DNA from: a bacterium
GTDB lineage: Bacteria > Bacteroidota > Ignavibacteria > UBA10030
Length of the DNA stretch: 64,000 nucleotides
Assembly: GCA_043803945.1 (NCBI GenBank)
Contig: JAZDJN010000054.1
Coordinates: 32,001-96,000 of the forward strand
Reading direction: 5' to 3'
The stretch's first letter is position 1. Each line of letters begins with the position of its first letter. The notes under the pieces were generated by a model that saw nothing but the letters and a program-made list of their open reading frames with translations, was not told where the DNA came from and made no database searches. The translations under genes were made by a program, and so were the position numbers. Shown here in pieces: positions 52,869 through 64,000 of this stretch.

Positions 52869-54926
52869 ATGAAAATCTCACTCCGATGTTCAGCCCTTCT
52901 GACTCTTTTTCTCATCGGCTTCATTTCTCTTTCACAAGCGCAAACGGAAACGAAATCACAGCGTGATGCGAGGATGAAATGGTGGCGTGAGGCACGGTTT
53001 GGGCTCTTCATTCATTGGGGATTATATTCCATCCCTGCAGGAGAGTGGAAGGGAGACAAGAGTACGAATCATGGTGAATGGATTCGAACGACTGCTCAGA
53101 TTCCACTCCAGGAATACGACAAGCTGGTTCCTCAATTTAATCCTGTGAAGTTCAATGCCGAAGAGTGGGTGAAAGTCGCTAAAGATGCCGGCATGAAATA
53201 TATTGTCATCACCTCGAAGCACCACGATGGATTCTGCCTCTTCGATTCGAAGTACACGGACTTCGATGTCATGTCGACTCCGTTCCAGCGGGATATCCTG
53301 AAAGAACTTGCCGAGGCATGCCGGAAGTACGGACTTAAAATGTGCTGGTATCATTCTATCATGGATTGGCATCATCCCGACTATCTTCCAAGACGCGAAT
53401 GGGAAAAGAATCGGACAACGAATGGGGCAACTTTCGATCGCTATGTCCAACACATGAAAAACCAGCTCAAAGAGTTGATCACGAACTATGGCGATATCGG
53501 TGTGCTCTGGTTCGATGGGGAGTGGGAATCGACATGGAATTCAAAGTATGGCCAGGACTTATACCAATATGTCCGATCGCTGCAGCCAAGTATTCTTGTG
53601 AACAATCGTGTCGGAGCGGGGCGATCGGGAATGGAGGGATTAACAAAAGAGGGTGAGTTCGGCGGCGATTTCGGTACACCCGAACAGCAAATTCCTTCAA
53701 CCGGTTTGCCGGGTGTGGATTGGGAAACATGCATGACCTTGAACGATCACTGGGGATATAACAAGTATGATCAGAAATGGAAGTCGAAAAAAGAACTTCT
53801 CCAGATGATCGCCGACATTGCCTCAAAAGGAGGCAATTATTTATTGAACGTCGGACCAACTTCCGAGGGACTTTTTCCTCAAGCAAGCATCGAACGCTTG
53901 CGTGAGATTGGATCGTGGATGAAGATCAATGGCGAGTCAATATACGGGACGAAGGCAAGCCCGTTTAAAAACCTTGAGTGGGGCCGTTGTACGCAGAAGG
54001 ATATCCCCGAAGGCACTCGTCTGTTCCTCCATGTCTTCGATTGGCCTCAGGGTGGGAAATTAATTGTGCCGGGAATATTCAATCAGCCGAAGAAAGCGTA
54101 CCTCCTGGCCGATCAGAGAAAATCGGGATTGAAGGTGCAGCGCCAGGAAGATGCACTTGTTCTCACAGTTCCTGATAATGCACCGGACGAGGACAACTCG
54201 GTTATTGTGCTGGATATTTTCAAGAAAGTCGATATCAGTGATCCACCAAAGATTGAAAGCGAATTTTCCTCATTTATCCAACCACTTGAGGTGCGTTTAT
54301 GCACCGATCGCGAAAATGTAGAGGTGCGCTATACACTTGATGGTTCTCTGCCGACTATCAAATCACCGCTGGCAAAACAGCCAATCACCATTACCTCTAC
54401 TGCTACGGTCTCAGCGCGATGTTTCCGGGGTGGAAAAGCTGTGAGTGGAACTGCTGTTCAGACCTTCACACGGGTGAATCCATTACCTCCATCCGTGAGT
54501 ATTCGCACGGAGCAGGGAATCAGATACAAATACTTCGAAGGTGTTTGGGACGATCTGCCGAACTTTAAGGAACTTAAGCCACTCAAGGATGATTATCTAC
54601 AGAATATCGATTTCTCCCCGCGCCGTGAAGTGGAACACTTCGGTTTCGAGTACTCGGGCTTTATTCGGATCCCGGAAGATGATGTCTATGCATTCTTTAC
54701 CGATTCGGATGATGGAAGCCGGCTCTATATCGGCGATTCACTGGTAGTGGATAACGATGGTTTGCATGGAATGAAGGAAGTTAAGGGGATGATTGCGCTT
54801 GCAGCAGGATTTCACCCGATCCGTGTCGTTTATTTTGAGAAAACGGGAGGAGATGGATTATCGGTTTCAGTTACGAGCAAGAAGATAAAGAAGCAAGTAA
54901 TACCGAGCTCGATGCTCTTCAGATAA
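52869..54926 (+). CDS. GH29 alpha-L-fucosidase with FN3-like and PA14 domains
   Basis: WWREARFGLFIHWG, KHHDG, WFDGEW; YTLDGS; SDDGSRL..DNDGLH. Confidence 0.9.
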   Translation: MKISLRCSALLTLFLIGFISLSQAQTETKSQRDARMKWWREARFGLFIHWGLYSIPAGEWKGDKSTNHGEWIRTTAQIPLQEYDKLVPQFNPVKFNAEEWVKVAKDAGMKYIVITSKHHDGFCLFDSKYTDFDVMSTPFQRDILKELAEACRKYGLKMCWYHSIMDWHHPDYLPRREWEKNRTTNGATFDRYVQHMKNQLKELITNYGDIGVLWFDGEWESTWNSKYGQDLYQYVRSLQPSILVNNRVGAGRSGMEGLTKEGEFGGDFGTPEQQIPSTGLPGVDWETCMTLNDHWGYNKYDQKWKSKKELLQMIADIASKGGNYLLNVGPTSEGLFPQASIERLREIGSWMKINGESIYGTKASPFKNLEWGRCTQKDIPEGTRLFLHVFDWPQGGKLIVPGIFNQPKKAYLLADQRKSGLKVQRQEDALVLTVPDNAPDEDNSVIVLDIFKKVDISDPPKIESEFSSFIQPLEVRLCTDRENVEVRYTLDGSLPTIKSPLAKQPITITSTATVSARCFRGGKAVSGTAVQTFTRVNPLPPSVSIRTEQGIRYKYFEGVWDDLPNFKELKPLKDDYLQNIDFSPRREVEHFGFEYSGFIRIPEDDVYAFFTDSDDGSRLYIGDSLVVDNDGLHGMKEVKGMIALAAGFHPIRVVYFEKTGGDGLSVSVTSKKIKKQVIPSSMLFR

Positions 54927-55206
54927 ATTTATTGCTCAGGGGAATCTAATGTCCCATTCAGACTGTTGACAGTATTGGGTCATAATTCAGTTATTAAATT
55001 GTAGTTACTCAGCGTGATATTTACTGCTTCAAGGCAATTTACATTTCTATCAGAATGCTGTAGAACTTGATCAATGAATTGTAGTTTGTATGTGGAGAAA
55101 ATTCCCTCTTTCGTAAAGGGGGTACGGGGGATTTGATTTTCACACTGCCGGTATGTAGAGAGTTATGATCGAGAATTATTCGCAAATTCTCGAGAAATCC
55201 CCCCAA

Positions 55207-55345
55207 GAGGCCGTCTAAAAAGAAAAAATTTGTCTCACCCGAATGCTTTTATCGGGTGTCCAGTGCCTTTATCTTTCAAATATCTGGATTCCCGCTTAAA
55301 GCATGCGGGAATGACAGCGTCCTTTTTTAGTTTTTAGACAACCCC
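55207..55345. mobile_element. MITE closely matching 22083..22286, without the nested inserts
   Basis: GAGGCCGTCTAAAAAG..TTTTTAGACAACCCC; core CTGGATTCCCGC..GCGGGAATGAC. Confidence 0.8.
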
Positions 55346-55398
55346 AGATAGAAAAGAAGGCACTCAATGGACTTTATGCGAAATACATTCAGATTTTA

Positions 55399-55449
55399 TG
55401 TGTCACGGTGTGGACCGTGACACCCTTGGTGTACTTTTTAGTCAGCCTC
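55399..55449. repeat. REP-like hairpin GTGTCACGGTGTGGACCGTGACAC followed by a MITE-like end TTTTAGTCAGCCTC
   Basis: Matches 13190..13216. Confidence 0.65.
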
Positions 55450-55574
55450 AATCGTGCACAAAGCTCATCGATTGTAGCTAGTTCTCACGTTGGTATTTTG
55501 TACAAGTGTGAAAGAACATTTAACAATCAGAAGTTCTGGTTAAGTCAAAACATAATGAATTGTAGAAAGATCCT

Positions 55575-57578
55575 ATGCGAATAGTATTCAGTCTCGGAAT
55601 CGTAGTTCTTCTTGCAGCATTGAATGTCGTAGCTCAGGAATCGAACGAGTTCATCGAGAAAAACTTCCAGCAGCAGGAAGCTCAACGCTACCTAAACCTG
55701 ATGCGGCTTCAGAAATCTACAAGCCTAGGCCAGGAAACATTTGATGTTACGTACTACAAGCTTGACATCAAGATTACGACCATTCCCAATTATCTTAACG
55801 GTTCAGTAACGATGACTGCGCGATCACTAGTAAATGGGCTCTCGTCAATCACTCTGGATCTGATGGATACCTTGAAGGTTGATAATGTCAAAATTGGAAA
55901 CACAACCAAGGCAGTAATCCAGGCACGGAGTAATTTCACATTCTCTCTCGACAGGTCATACAATCAGGGAGAACTGTTTACAGTGACAGTGAATTATCAG
56001 GGTCTGCCGGGAAGCTCTGGATTTGGCAGTTTCAGCTTCGATAAGAGTCGAAATGGGGTGTACCTTGTCTCAACCTTAAGCGAACCCTATGGTACGAAAG
56101 ACTGGTGGCCTAGCAAGGATCATCCGGGTGACAAAGCTGATTCGGCCGATATCTGGGTGACGTGCGATGCGTCGTTTAAAGTGGGGTCGCAGGGAAAACT
56201 TGTGTCAGTAGTGGACAATGGAAATGGAACGAAGACTCATAAATGGTCGCATCGCTATCCCATTGCGACCTATTTGATTTCGATGGCAATGACGAACTAT
56301 GCAGAATTCACCCACTGGTTTAAGTATTCTGCCAATGACTCGATGCCCGTACTGAATTATGTCTTCCCGGAGCAACTCCAGAGTAATCCTGCCATGATCA
56401 CTCAGGGAGCGCTCACAGTGGGAATGCTGCAAATTTATTCGGACCTCTACGGTCTCTATCCCTTCATCAAAGAAAAATATGGGCATGCTCAATTTCTCTG
56501 GGGTGGTGGCATGGAGCATCAGACAATGACGTCGCTTAGCAATTTATCTGAGAGCCTTGTAGCCCATGAGCTCGCCCATCAATGGTTCGGTGATATGATT
56601 ACCATGAGCACCTGGCCGGATATCTGGCTCAACGAGGGATTCGCAACCTATTCAGTCGCACTCTATTATGAGAAAAAAAATGGATTTGCAAACTATACTA
56701 GCTATATGAATAGCCAAATGAGTTCTGCCCGAAGTGCGACAGGTTCCATTTATGTTCAGGATACGTCGAGTGTGAACAGATTGTTCAGCAGCAGCTTGGT
56801 CTATGCGAAGGGGGCTACTGTTTTGCATATGCTTCGCCATATTGTCGGTGATGCAGCATTTTTCACAGCAATCAAACGATATGCAACGGATCCACGATTT
56901 ATGTACAAAGTTGCTCAAACGAGCGATTTCCGTTCGGTCTTTGAATCGGTCTCAGCAAAAAATCTTAAGTATTTTTTCGATGAATGGATCTATGGTACAA
57001 GTTTTCCAAGCTATAAGTACGAATGGGGATCGAGCGTCAATCCCGGTGGAGGATATAAAGTGAGAGTTCAACTTTCACAGACACGTACTCCATTCTTTAC
57101 GATGCCGGTCGATCTGCGATTTACCGGAACAGGTCTTGATACGACAGTAACAGTCATGAATGATGTTCAGAATCAAACAGCAATCTTCTACTTGTCGAAG
57201 CAGCCGACAGCGACACAATTTGATCCCGGCAATTGGATCCTGAAAGATGTACAAACCTTCGTGGTGAACACTGAGCGGATCGGCTCGGTACCGAAAGAAT
57301 TCGCATTGCATCAAAATTATCCTAATCCATTTAATGCTGGAACAATGATTTCCTTTTCACTGCCGCACACAGCCCATGTGAGTCTCGAGATCTTTGATGC
57401 ACTCGGAAGAAAAGCAAAGACTCTCCTTAAGCAAGAAGAGCGCGCTGCTGGTACGCATACACTTCACTATGCCGCAGACGATAACGAAGGTCGCGGCATT
57501 TCGTCGGGAGTGTATTATTGCCGGATGACCACCGACGCCGGATTTAGTGCAAATCAAAAATTGATCATTCTCCGATGA
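55575..57578 (+). CDS. M1-family aminopeptidase with T9SS-type C-terminal sorting domain
   Basis: GGMEH, HELAH-X18-E, YAKGA; LHQNYPNPFN..GVYY tail. Confidence 0.9.
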   Translation: MRIVFSLGIVVLLAALNVVAQESNEFIEKNFQQQEAQRYLNLMRLQKSTSLGQETFDVTYYKLDIKITTIPNYLNGSVTMTARSLVNGLSSITLDLMDTLKVDNVKIGNTTKAVIQARSNFTFSLDRSYNQGELFTVTVNYQGLPGSSGFGSFSFDKSRNGVYLVSTLSEPYGTKDWWPSKDHPGDKADSADIWVTCDASFKVGSQGKLVSVVDNGNGTKTHKWSHRYPIATYLISMAMTNYAEFTHWFKYSANDSMPVLNYVFPEQLQSNPAMITQGALTVGMLQIYSDLYGLYPFIKEKYGHAQFLWGGGMEHQTMTSLSNLSESLVAHELAHQWFGDMITMSTWPDIWLNEGFATYSVALYYEKKNGFANYTSYMNSQMSSARSATGSIYVQDTSSVNRLFSSSLVYAKGATVLHMLRHIVGDAAFFTAIKRYATDPRFMYKVAQTSDFRSVFESVSAKNLKYFFDEWIYGTSFPSYKYEWGSSVNPGGGYKVRVQLSQTRTPFFTMPVDLRFTGTGLDTTVTVMNDVQNQTAIFYLSKQPTATQFDPGNWILKDVQTFVVNTERIGSVPKEFALHQNYPNPFNAGTMISFSLPHTAHVSLEIFDALGRKAKTLLKQEERAAGTHTLHYAADDNEGRGISSGVYYCRMTTDAGFSANQKLIILR

Positions 57579-57670
57579 TGGAATAGCCCATTGATTACTA
57601 CGCGCTTTAGTGATATATTCGATCCCCAGAACATCATTTCTTCCAACAAGGAGTGTAAAAGAAGTTAGCG

Positions 57671-59143
57671 TTGCCCAAACGAACAGACATTCAATCCATT
57701 CTCATTATCGGTTCCGGACCGATTGTCATCGGTCAGGCATGTGAATTCGATTATTCCGGTACGCAGGCATGTAAAGTGCTGAAAGAAGAGGGATACCGGA
57801 TTATCCTCATCAACAGCAATCCTGCCACAATCATGACCGATCCGGATCTTGCCGATGCCACCTACATCGAGCCCATCACCCCGTATTTTGTCGAAAAGAT
57901 TATCGAGAAGGAACGCCCGGATGTTATCCTCCCGACAATGGGCGGCCAGACAGCCCTAAACATTGCGGTGGAACTTGCGGAAAGTGGTGTACTGGAGAAA
58001 TATGGTGTCGAGCTCATCGGAGCAAAACTTCCGGCAATTAAGAAGGCAGAGGATCGTGAGCTCTTTGAAGAGACGATGAAAAGTATCGGGCTGGAGACAT
58101 CCCGAGGCGCATTCGTCAAATCGCTCCCTCAGGCCCTGGAGGTAGCAGAGGAGATCGGCTTTCCGATCATTATACGGCCTTCGTTCACATTGGGTGGAAC
58201 AGGCGGGGGTACGGCGTACAATCTCCAGGAGTTCAAGGAAAAGGTTGAGCACGGCATTACCAGCAGTCCAATTCATCGCGTCTTGATAGAAGAATCTGTC
58301 ATCGGATGGAAGGAGTATGAACTAGAGGTGATGCGTGACATGAGGGATAATGTCGTTATCATCTGCTCGATTGAAAACTTCGATCCAATGGGCGTCCATA
58401 CCGGAGATTCCATTACGGTTGCACCGGCGCAGACCCTGACGGATAAAGAGTACCAGACCCTGCGCGACGCCGCCATCAAGATCATTCGTGCCATCGGCGT
58501 TGATACCGGAGGTTCTAATATCCAATTTGCTATTCATCCCGAGACGGGCAAAATGCTGGTCATTGAAATGAATCCCCGTGTCTCCCGATCATCGGCGCTT
58601 GCATCGAAGGCAACTGGATTTCCCATTGCAAAAATTGCTGCAAAGCTTGCCATTGGATACACGTTGGACGAAATCCCGAATGACATCACTCGAGAAACCC
58701 CGGCTTCGTTCGAACCCACCATCGACTATTGTGTTGTAAAAATACCACGGTGGGATTTTGAAAAGTTCAAGGGTGTCGATGATACACTTGGCGTCCAGAT
58801 GAAATCTGTCGGCGAGGCAATGGCCATCGGCAGAACATTTAAGGAGTCACTGCAAAAAGCTCTCCGCTCCCTCGAGCAGGGAAGGGATGGACTTGGCTCC
58901 GATGGGAAGGATGTTTTGGATGTCCGCTCGCTGACAGACCAGAAACGGATTGAATGGAAGAAGAAGGTCTTCGACAGATTGAAGAAACCAAAGCCGGAGA
59001 ACATCTTTTTCCTCCGCTATGCATTTCAATTGGGTGCAACGATTGATGAATTATATGAGATTACCAAAATCGATCGCTGGTTTCTTCATAACATTAAACA
59101 AATTGTTGATTTTGAGGAGGAGCTTTATGCTTTTCGCACATAA
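57671..59143 (+). CDS. carB: Carbamoyl-phosphate synthase large subunit, N-terminal half
   Basis: [37 protein letters not shown]. Confidence 0.93.
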   Translation: MPKRTDIQSILIIGSGPIVIGQACEFDYSGTQACKVLKEEGYRIILINSNPATIMTDPDLADATYIEPITPYFVEKIIEKERPDVILPTMGGQTALNIAVELAESGVLEKYGVELIGAKLPAIKKAEDRELFEETMKSIGLETSRGAFVKSLPQALEVAEEIGFPIIIRPSFTLGGTGGGTAYNLQEFKEKVEHGITSSPIHRVLIEESVIGWKEYELEVMRDMRDNVVIICSIENFDPMGVHTGDSITVAPAQTLTDKEYQTLRDAAIKIIRAIGVDTGGSNIQFAIHPETGKMLVIEMNPRVSRSSALASKATGFPIAKIAAKLAIGYTLDEIPNDITRETPASFEPTIDYCVVKIPRWDFEKFKGVDDTLGVQMKSVGEAMAIGRTFKESLQKALRSLEQGRDGLGSDGKDVLDVRSLTDQKRIEWKKKVFDRLKKPKPENIFFLRYAFQLGATIDELYEITKIDRWFLHNIKQIVDFEEELYAFRT

Positions 59144-59600
59144 GATCGTATGGGGAGTGCTGTTTATTAGTGTGGTGGGCACGGCCTGTGCACAAGTTGT
59201 CATTCCACCTGATCGGAATGAACTGGCGGAAGGGAAGAGTACCTGGACTCTCATCTATGCGGAAGCGAATGGATTGCCTGGACCGAGGGAAGTGCTCCGG
59301 CTTCAAGATAAACTTGCATTAACTCGTGACCAGATAAAGAAGGCCGAAGCGCTGGAAAAAGTGACATCGAGTTCTGCCAGGGCGAAAGGCGAGGAAATCA
59401 TCCTGGAAGAAGAATCACTCTTTAACATGTTTGAAGCAGGAAGCGTTTCTGAAAAGAATCTCCGGTCCAAACTAGAACGATGTGCAAAATTACGCGCCGA
59501 TATGCAATTCGTTCATCTTCAATCGCATTTGCGCATGAAGCAGGTACTCACACCGGAACAGCTCCAGAAATACAAGACATTGAAGGCTGATGAAAAGTAA
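59127..59600 (+). CDS. Secreted Spy/CpxP-like helical protein
   Basis: GAGGAGG RBS, signal peptide, AEANG.PGP..L.LT.DQ, C-terminal LTPEQ. Confidence 0.7.
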   Translation: MLFAHKIVWGVLFISVVGTACAQVVIPPDRNELAEGKSTWTLIYAEANGLPGPREVLRLQDKLALTRDQIKKAEALEKVTSSSARAKGEEIILEEESLFNMFEAGSVSEKNLRSKLERCAKLRADMQFVHLQSHLRMKQVLTPEQLQKYKTLKADEK

Positions 59601-61407
59601 TCCCAAAACTAAGGGTGTCCCGGAAAGGATCACCAAAGAAATTCTTCTCAAGGCCAAGCAGTACGGTTTTTCCGATCGTCAGCTCGCGCATATCTGGGGA
59701 TCATCCGAGATGGCTGTCAGGGCAGTACGGCAGCATCACGGCATTCTTCCTGTCTACAAAACAGTGGACACCTGCGCAGCAGAATTTGAAGCTCACACAC
59801 CGTACCATTACTCGACGTACGAACAGGAAAATGAATCGATTTGCAGCGATCGAAAGAAAGTGGTGATCCTTGGCGGCGGGCCGAATCGGATCGGGCAGGG
59901 TATTGAGTTTGACTATTGCTGTGTCCATGGCGTCTTTGCACTCGAAGAGGAGGGTATTGAGACGATCATGATCAACTGTAATCCGGAGACCGTCTCGACC
60001 GATTACGATACGACGGACAAACTATATTTCGAACCGCTGACGCTCGAGGATGTGCTCAACATCTGTGATCATGAAAAACCGTTCGGCGTGATTGTCAGTT
60101 TCGGTGGACAGACTCCACTCAAGATTGCTAAAGCGTTGGAGCAAAATGGCGTAACTATTCTTGGCACTTCGCCTGAAGGGATCGATATTGCCGAGGACCG
60201 GGAGCGGTTTGGAGCACTCCTGAGAAAACTGAAAATTCCGCATCCGATGTATGGCACAGCCTACTCGGTGAATAATGCTGTGTTGGTCGCTGAACAGATC
60301 GGATTTCCTGTCCTTGTTCGTCCTTCGTATGTTCTGGGTGGAAGAGCAATGGAGATTTGTTACAACAGTGATTCTGTGCGAGAGTATATGAAAAAAGCCG
60401 TGGATGTTTCGCCGGAATATCCCGTGCTTATCGACCGGTTTCTTGAAGATGCTTTTGAGTTCGATGTTGATGCTGTTTCCGATGGAAAGGATGTACTAAT
60501 CGGCGGTGTGATGGAACATATCGAGGAAGCCGGTATCCACTCTGGTGATAGTTCTTGTGTGATTCCACCCTACATGATCTCGCAGAAGAATCTGGAGGAA
60601 CTTAAAAATTATACCGTGCGGCTTGCCAAAGCGCTTAAAGTGGTTGGATTGATTAACATTCAATATGCGATGAAAGATGGAGTGGTCTATGTTCTGGAAG
60701 TGAATCCCAGAGCTTCCCGCACCGTTCCTTTTGTGAGCAAGGCAACAGGAATTCCTCTGGCTAAAATTGCTGCCAAAGTGATGGTGGGCCGAACGCTTGA
60801 AGAGTTGGGGGTGAAAGATTTTGATTTTAGAACCTTGAAACACATCTCTGTCAAGGAATCGGTCTTCCCATTTTCCAAATTCCCTCGTGTTCCGGTCTTC
60901 CTTGGCCCAGAGATGAGATCAACCGGCGAGGTCATGGGAATTTCACACGAGTTTGGCGCTGCGATTGGAAAAGCTCAAATGGCTGCCGGTAATGCTCTCC
61001 CGACTGATGGTACAATCTTCATCAGCGTTAATGATAGCGATAAAAATGACACGACTTTGAATATTATCCGGGAATACGTCACACTCGGATTCAAACTCGT
61101 AGCGACCCAAGGAACCGCACAATTCCTTCGCAAAAATGGAATTGAGGCGGGCAGCATATTTAAAGTTAATGAAGGCCGGCCAAATATTGTCGATTTGATA
61201 AAGAATGGCAAGGTCCAGCTCGTCATCAACACTCCACTGGGTGAAGAATCCCGATACGACGAGTTTTCAATCGGTTGGGCTGCAATCGAACAAAAAATCT
61301 CTCTCATTACCACACTCTCTGCCGCGGCCTCTGCTGTGAAAGGGATAGAAACTCAAAAGCGCAGGGAATATCAGGTTAAAAGTATCCAGGAATATCACTC
61401 TCTTTAA
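59590..61407 (+). CDS. carB: Carbamoyl-phosphate synthase large subunit, C-terminal half
   Basis: [45 protein letters not shown] domain. Confidence 0.93.
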   Translation: MKSNPKTKGVPERITKEILLKAKQYGFSDRQLAHIWGSSEMAVRAVRQHHGILPVYKTVDTCAAEFEAHTPYHYSTYEQENESICSDRKKVVILGGGPNRIGQGIEFDYCCVHGVFALEEEGIETIMINCNPETVSTDYDTTDKLYFEPLTLEDVLNICDHEKPFGVIVSFGGQTPLKIAKALEQNGVTILGTSPEGIDIAEDRERFGALLRKLKIPHPMYGTAYSVNNAVLVAEQIGFPVLVRPSYVLGGRAMEICYNSDSVREYMKKAVDVSPEYPVLIDRFLEDAFEFDVDAVSDGKDVLIGGVMEHIEEAGIHSGDSSCVIPPYMISQKNLEELKNYTVRLAKALKVVGLINIQYAMKDGVVYVLEVNPRASRTVPFVSKATGIPLAKIAAKVMVGRTLEELGVKDFDFRTLKHISVKESVFPFSKFPRVPVFLGPEMRSTGEVMGISHEFGAAIGKAQMAAGNALPTDGTIFISVNDSDKNDTTLNIIREYVTLGFKLVATQGTAQFLRKNGIEAGSIFKVNEGRPNIVDLIKNGKVQLVINTPLGEESRYDEFSIGWAAIEQKISLITTLSAAASAVKGIETQKRREYQVKSIQEYHSL

Positions 61408-61603
61408 AAATCCTGATTTCGTTTCCTCTTTCTATCCCAAATCCCCCCTTCAATCGTCTAATAACAATATCTGATGGAAAGTGTTTAAGACTCCTGGGAT
61501 TTTCCCCCAGAATCCTTGACTTCGTTAGGGTAATAGCTTAAATTTGAGCGTTAACAGAATCATCTCAAACAATACTTTAAGCCTATCCACATAGGTGTTT
61601 GGA

Positions 61604-64000
61604 ATGACAACATTGAAGAATACGGGTGTTTGGAAGGCGATATTTGTGGTAGGGATTATTGCCCTTATACTTTTCTGTACTCTTTTCTCGTTTACAGCAC
61701 TTAAGGCCCAGGAATCCACTGTCGCGAATTCAAAAATCGTCGAAGAACAAGACTATGCATTCGCTTACGGACTCTACAAAGATGCCTTGTATCAATTAGC
61801 CATCGATCAGTTCGATAAATTCCTTCAAAAATACCCCAGCAGTCTTAAATTCCAGGATGCAAAATTTCTCCGAACCGAGTGTGTATTTCAGCTTGAACTG
61901 CTTGACGCTGCGGCAAATGGATTTTCAGAATTTGTTCAGTCATATCCTGGTTCGAATCTTGCCGATGATGCCCATTTTCGACTTGGCGAGACTTTTTTTA
62001 AGCAAAAAAAGTTCAATGAATCGATTTCGGCATTCAAAGCCGTCTTGGATAACTTTGGAGAAGGTGAGCTTGCCGGGGAAGCTGCGTATTGGATCGGTGA
62101 GATTTATATTAAGATAGAAGATTTTGATAACGCTTTGAAATACTACACCCTTGCATATGACAACTATCCCAGGAACCGGCTCCGTGATTATTGCGTATAC
62201 TCGATCGCCTGGACTCATCAGCGAAAAGCTCAATATAACATTGCAGCCGAGTGGTATCAGAAACTTCTCAAGGAATATCCTCAAAGCACACTTGCAACGT
62301 CATCGACAGTACGAGTCGGTGAATGTTCTTTTTATTTGAAAGAATATCGGAAGGCAATTGAGCAGCTCGAATCGGCAAAAGCATCTCTTACCGAGTCCGA
62401 GCAAAAAGGTGAAGCCGACTACCTTATTGGAGAAGCGTATTACAATCTTGGTGAATTCGATCAGGCCAGGAAACAATATGAGGCATTTCTCGCTTCTTAT
62501 CCCAATCACAAATTGACCCGAGAGGTGCTGTACGCTCTCGCATGGACACTGCTCAAACAAAATCTTGCCCCTCAGGCAGCTGAGGCCTTTGCCCGGGTGG
62601 AAGAAAAGAATGACGGTTTAAGCCATGCTTCATTATTCTGGAAAGCAATGGCTGAGAAACTCGCGGGATCAACAGTTGCAGCACTAGGTTCATTGAGACA
62701 GGTTTCTGAGAAAAACTCGGCCGGCGAATATGCCGATAATGCATTGTACGAATATGGATTAATTCTCGTCGAAGAGAAAAAGCTTGGAGAGGCAAAACCA
62801 TATTTTGAAAAAGTTGTCGCGCAGTATCAATCGAGCGATGTGCGGGCGGAGTCATTTCGGATGTTGGGAGAATGCCTGCTCTTCGAATCGAAATTTGATG
62901 AAGCCCGTGATGCATTCGAACGTGCCTATGCAAGTGAGTCTGCTCCATTCGAAGTGAAGGTTTCTTCTATGTACCAGATAGGGTGGTGCTACTATAAAAG
63001 CAAAAAGTACAAGGAAGCATCCCCACAATTCATAAAATTTCTCAATAGCTATCCCAACCATCCTCAATCACATGATGCAAGGTATTGGCTTGCTGAAAGC
63101 GAATATCAGTTAGGGGATTTTGACGGTGCCTTGAAGCAGTATCAGTTAGTGGCTTCTGCTTCCAACACAGAACATCGTGAGAATGCTTTGTACGGCGCAG
63201 GATGGTCGAACTTGAAACTGAATGAATACAACAAGGCCATCGATGCCTTCGAGAAACTCGTTGTGCAATTTCCGAATGGCACTTTCTCGTTCGACAGCCG
63301 TTTACGGCTTGGTGATTGTTACTACTATCTGAAGGATTATAAGAAGGCTTCTGGTGTCTATCGCACTGTGATAAGGCTTTTTCCGAAACAGGATGGAATC
63401 GATTATGCTCATTATCAGCTCGGTCAGACTTTTTTTCGTGCCGGCGATAACGATCAGGCTTCTGAACAATTCTCGCTTCTCATAAAAACATACCCGAAGT
63501 CATCGCTTGCTGATGATACGCAGTATGCACTGGGATGGATGCTCTTTCAGAAGAAGGAATATCTGGATGCTGTAAGAGAGTTCCAGAAATTGGTTGCCAA
63601 TTATCCCGAAAGCGAATTGACAGCCCGGGCATACTATAGCGTTGGTGATTCCTACTACAATCGGCAAAAATATGATGCAGCAGAGCGAGCATACAAGGAA
63701 TTGGTTCGCCGGTTTCCCAGGAGTAATTACATCTTTGATGCGATGACAGGAATTCAATACTGTCTCGTCGCTCAGGGCAAGCAGGAGGAAGCACTGGCTG
63801 TCCTGGATGCCTTCGTCCGGGAGAACCCGAATTCTCCGGTTGCCGAGCAGCTCTTCCTGAAGAAATGCGATCTTTTGTACGGACAGAAAAAATACGAGAC
63901 AGCCGCTGCAGAATATCAGGCATTCATTAAACGATTCCCGAAATCCTCCCAGCGGGCCTCCGCTCAATACTGGCTGGGAATGAGCCTTGCCGGTGCAAAC
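61604..64000 (+). CDS. Large secreted TPR protein, truncated by window end (absent from the ORF track)
   Basis: MTTLKNTGVWKAIFVVG..LKAQES..EQDYAFAYGLYKD..FLQKYPSS; repeated YP.S..A...LG motifs. Confidence 0.8.
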   Translation, partial: MTTLKNTGVWKAIFVVGIIALILFCTLFSFTALKAQESTVANSKIVEEQDYAFAYGLYKDALYQLAIDQFDKFLQKYPSSLKFQDAKFLRTECVFQLELLDAAANGFSEFVQSYPGSNLADDAHFRLGETFFKQKKFNESISAFKAVLDNFGEGELAGEAAYWIGEIYIKIEDFDNALKYYTLAYDNYPRNRLRDYCVYSIAWTHQRKAQYNIAAEWYQKLLKEYPQSTLATSSTVRVGECSFYLKEYRKAIEQLESAKASLTESEQKGEADYLIGEAYYNLGEFDQARKQYEAFLASYPNHKLTREVLYALAWTLLKQNLAPQAAEAFARVEEKNDGLSHASLFWKAMAEKLAGSTVAALGSLRQVSEKNSAGEYADNALYEYGLILVEEKKLGEAKPYFEKVVAQYQSSDVRAESFRMLGECLLFESKFDEARDAFERAYASESAPFEVKVSSMYQIGWCYYKSKKYKEASPQFIKFLNSYPNHPQSHDARYWLAESEYQLGDFDGALKQYQLVASASNTEHRENALYGAGWSNLKLNEYNKAIDAFEKLVVQFPNGTFSFDSRLRLGDCYYYLKDYKKASGVYRTVIRLFPKQDGIDYAHYQLGQTFFRAGDNDQASEQFSLLIKTYPKSSLADDTQYALGWMLFQKKEYLDAVREFQKLVANYPESELTARAYYSVGDSYYNRQKYDAAERAYKELVRRFPRSNYIFDAMTGIQYCLVAQGKQEEALAVLDAFVRENPNSPVAEQLFLKKCDLLYGQKKYETAAAEYQAFIKRFPKSSQRASAQYWLGMSLAGAN

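Noticed and set aside
61857-63967. Short ORFs listed at the right end
   Set aside because: Shadows of the long + strand TPR gene that runs off the window.

Overview
Bacterial chromosomal window, most likely from an Ignavibacteria-like member of the FCB group. This is inferred from a T9SS-type 'LHQNYPNPFN' sorting tail, GWxTD proteins and TPR-rich secreted proteins. From left to right it holds: two GWxTD paralogs; a decayed type I restriction-modification island (3.3-13 kb) whose hsd genes are interleaved with nuclease cargo bounded by duplicated hsd gene ends; a PP2C phosphatase/HerA pair; aconitase; a propionyl/methylmalonyl-CoA cluster containing a B12 radical SAM gene; and a complete trp operon with a WWWRW attenuator, both trpB2 and trpB1, and aroF. 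These are followed by CoA-transferase and alanine dehydrogenase genes, secreted glycoside hydrolases, an atypical thymidylate synthase, an ECF sigma pair, an M1 peptidase, a carB split by an inserted gene, and a TPR gene running off the right end. Intergenic DNA is rich in small palindromic elements. The most striking are three copies of a nested element with the same outer arms, an inner MITE at the same position, and a different REP-like core in each. No tRNA, rRNA or CRISPR array was seen. All calls come from motif recognition by eye, without database searches.
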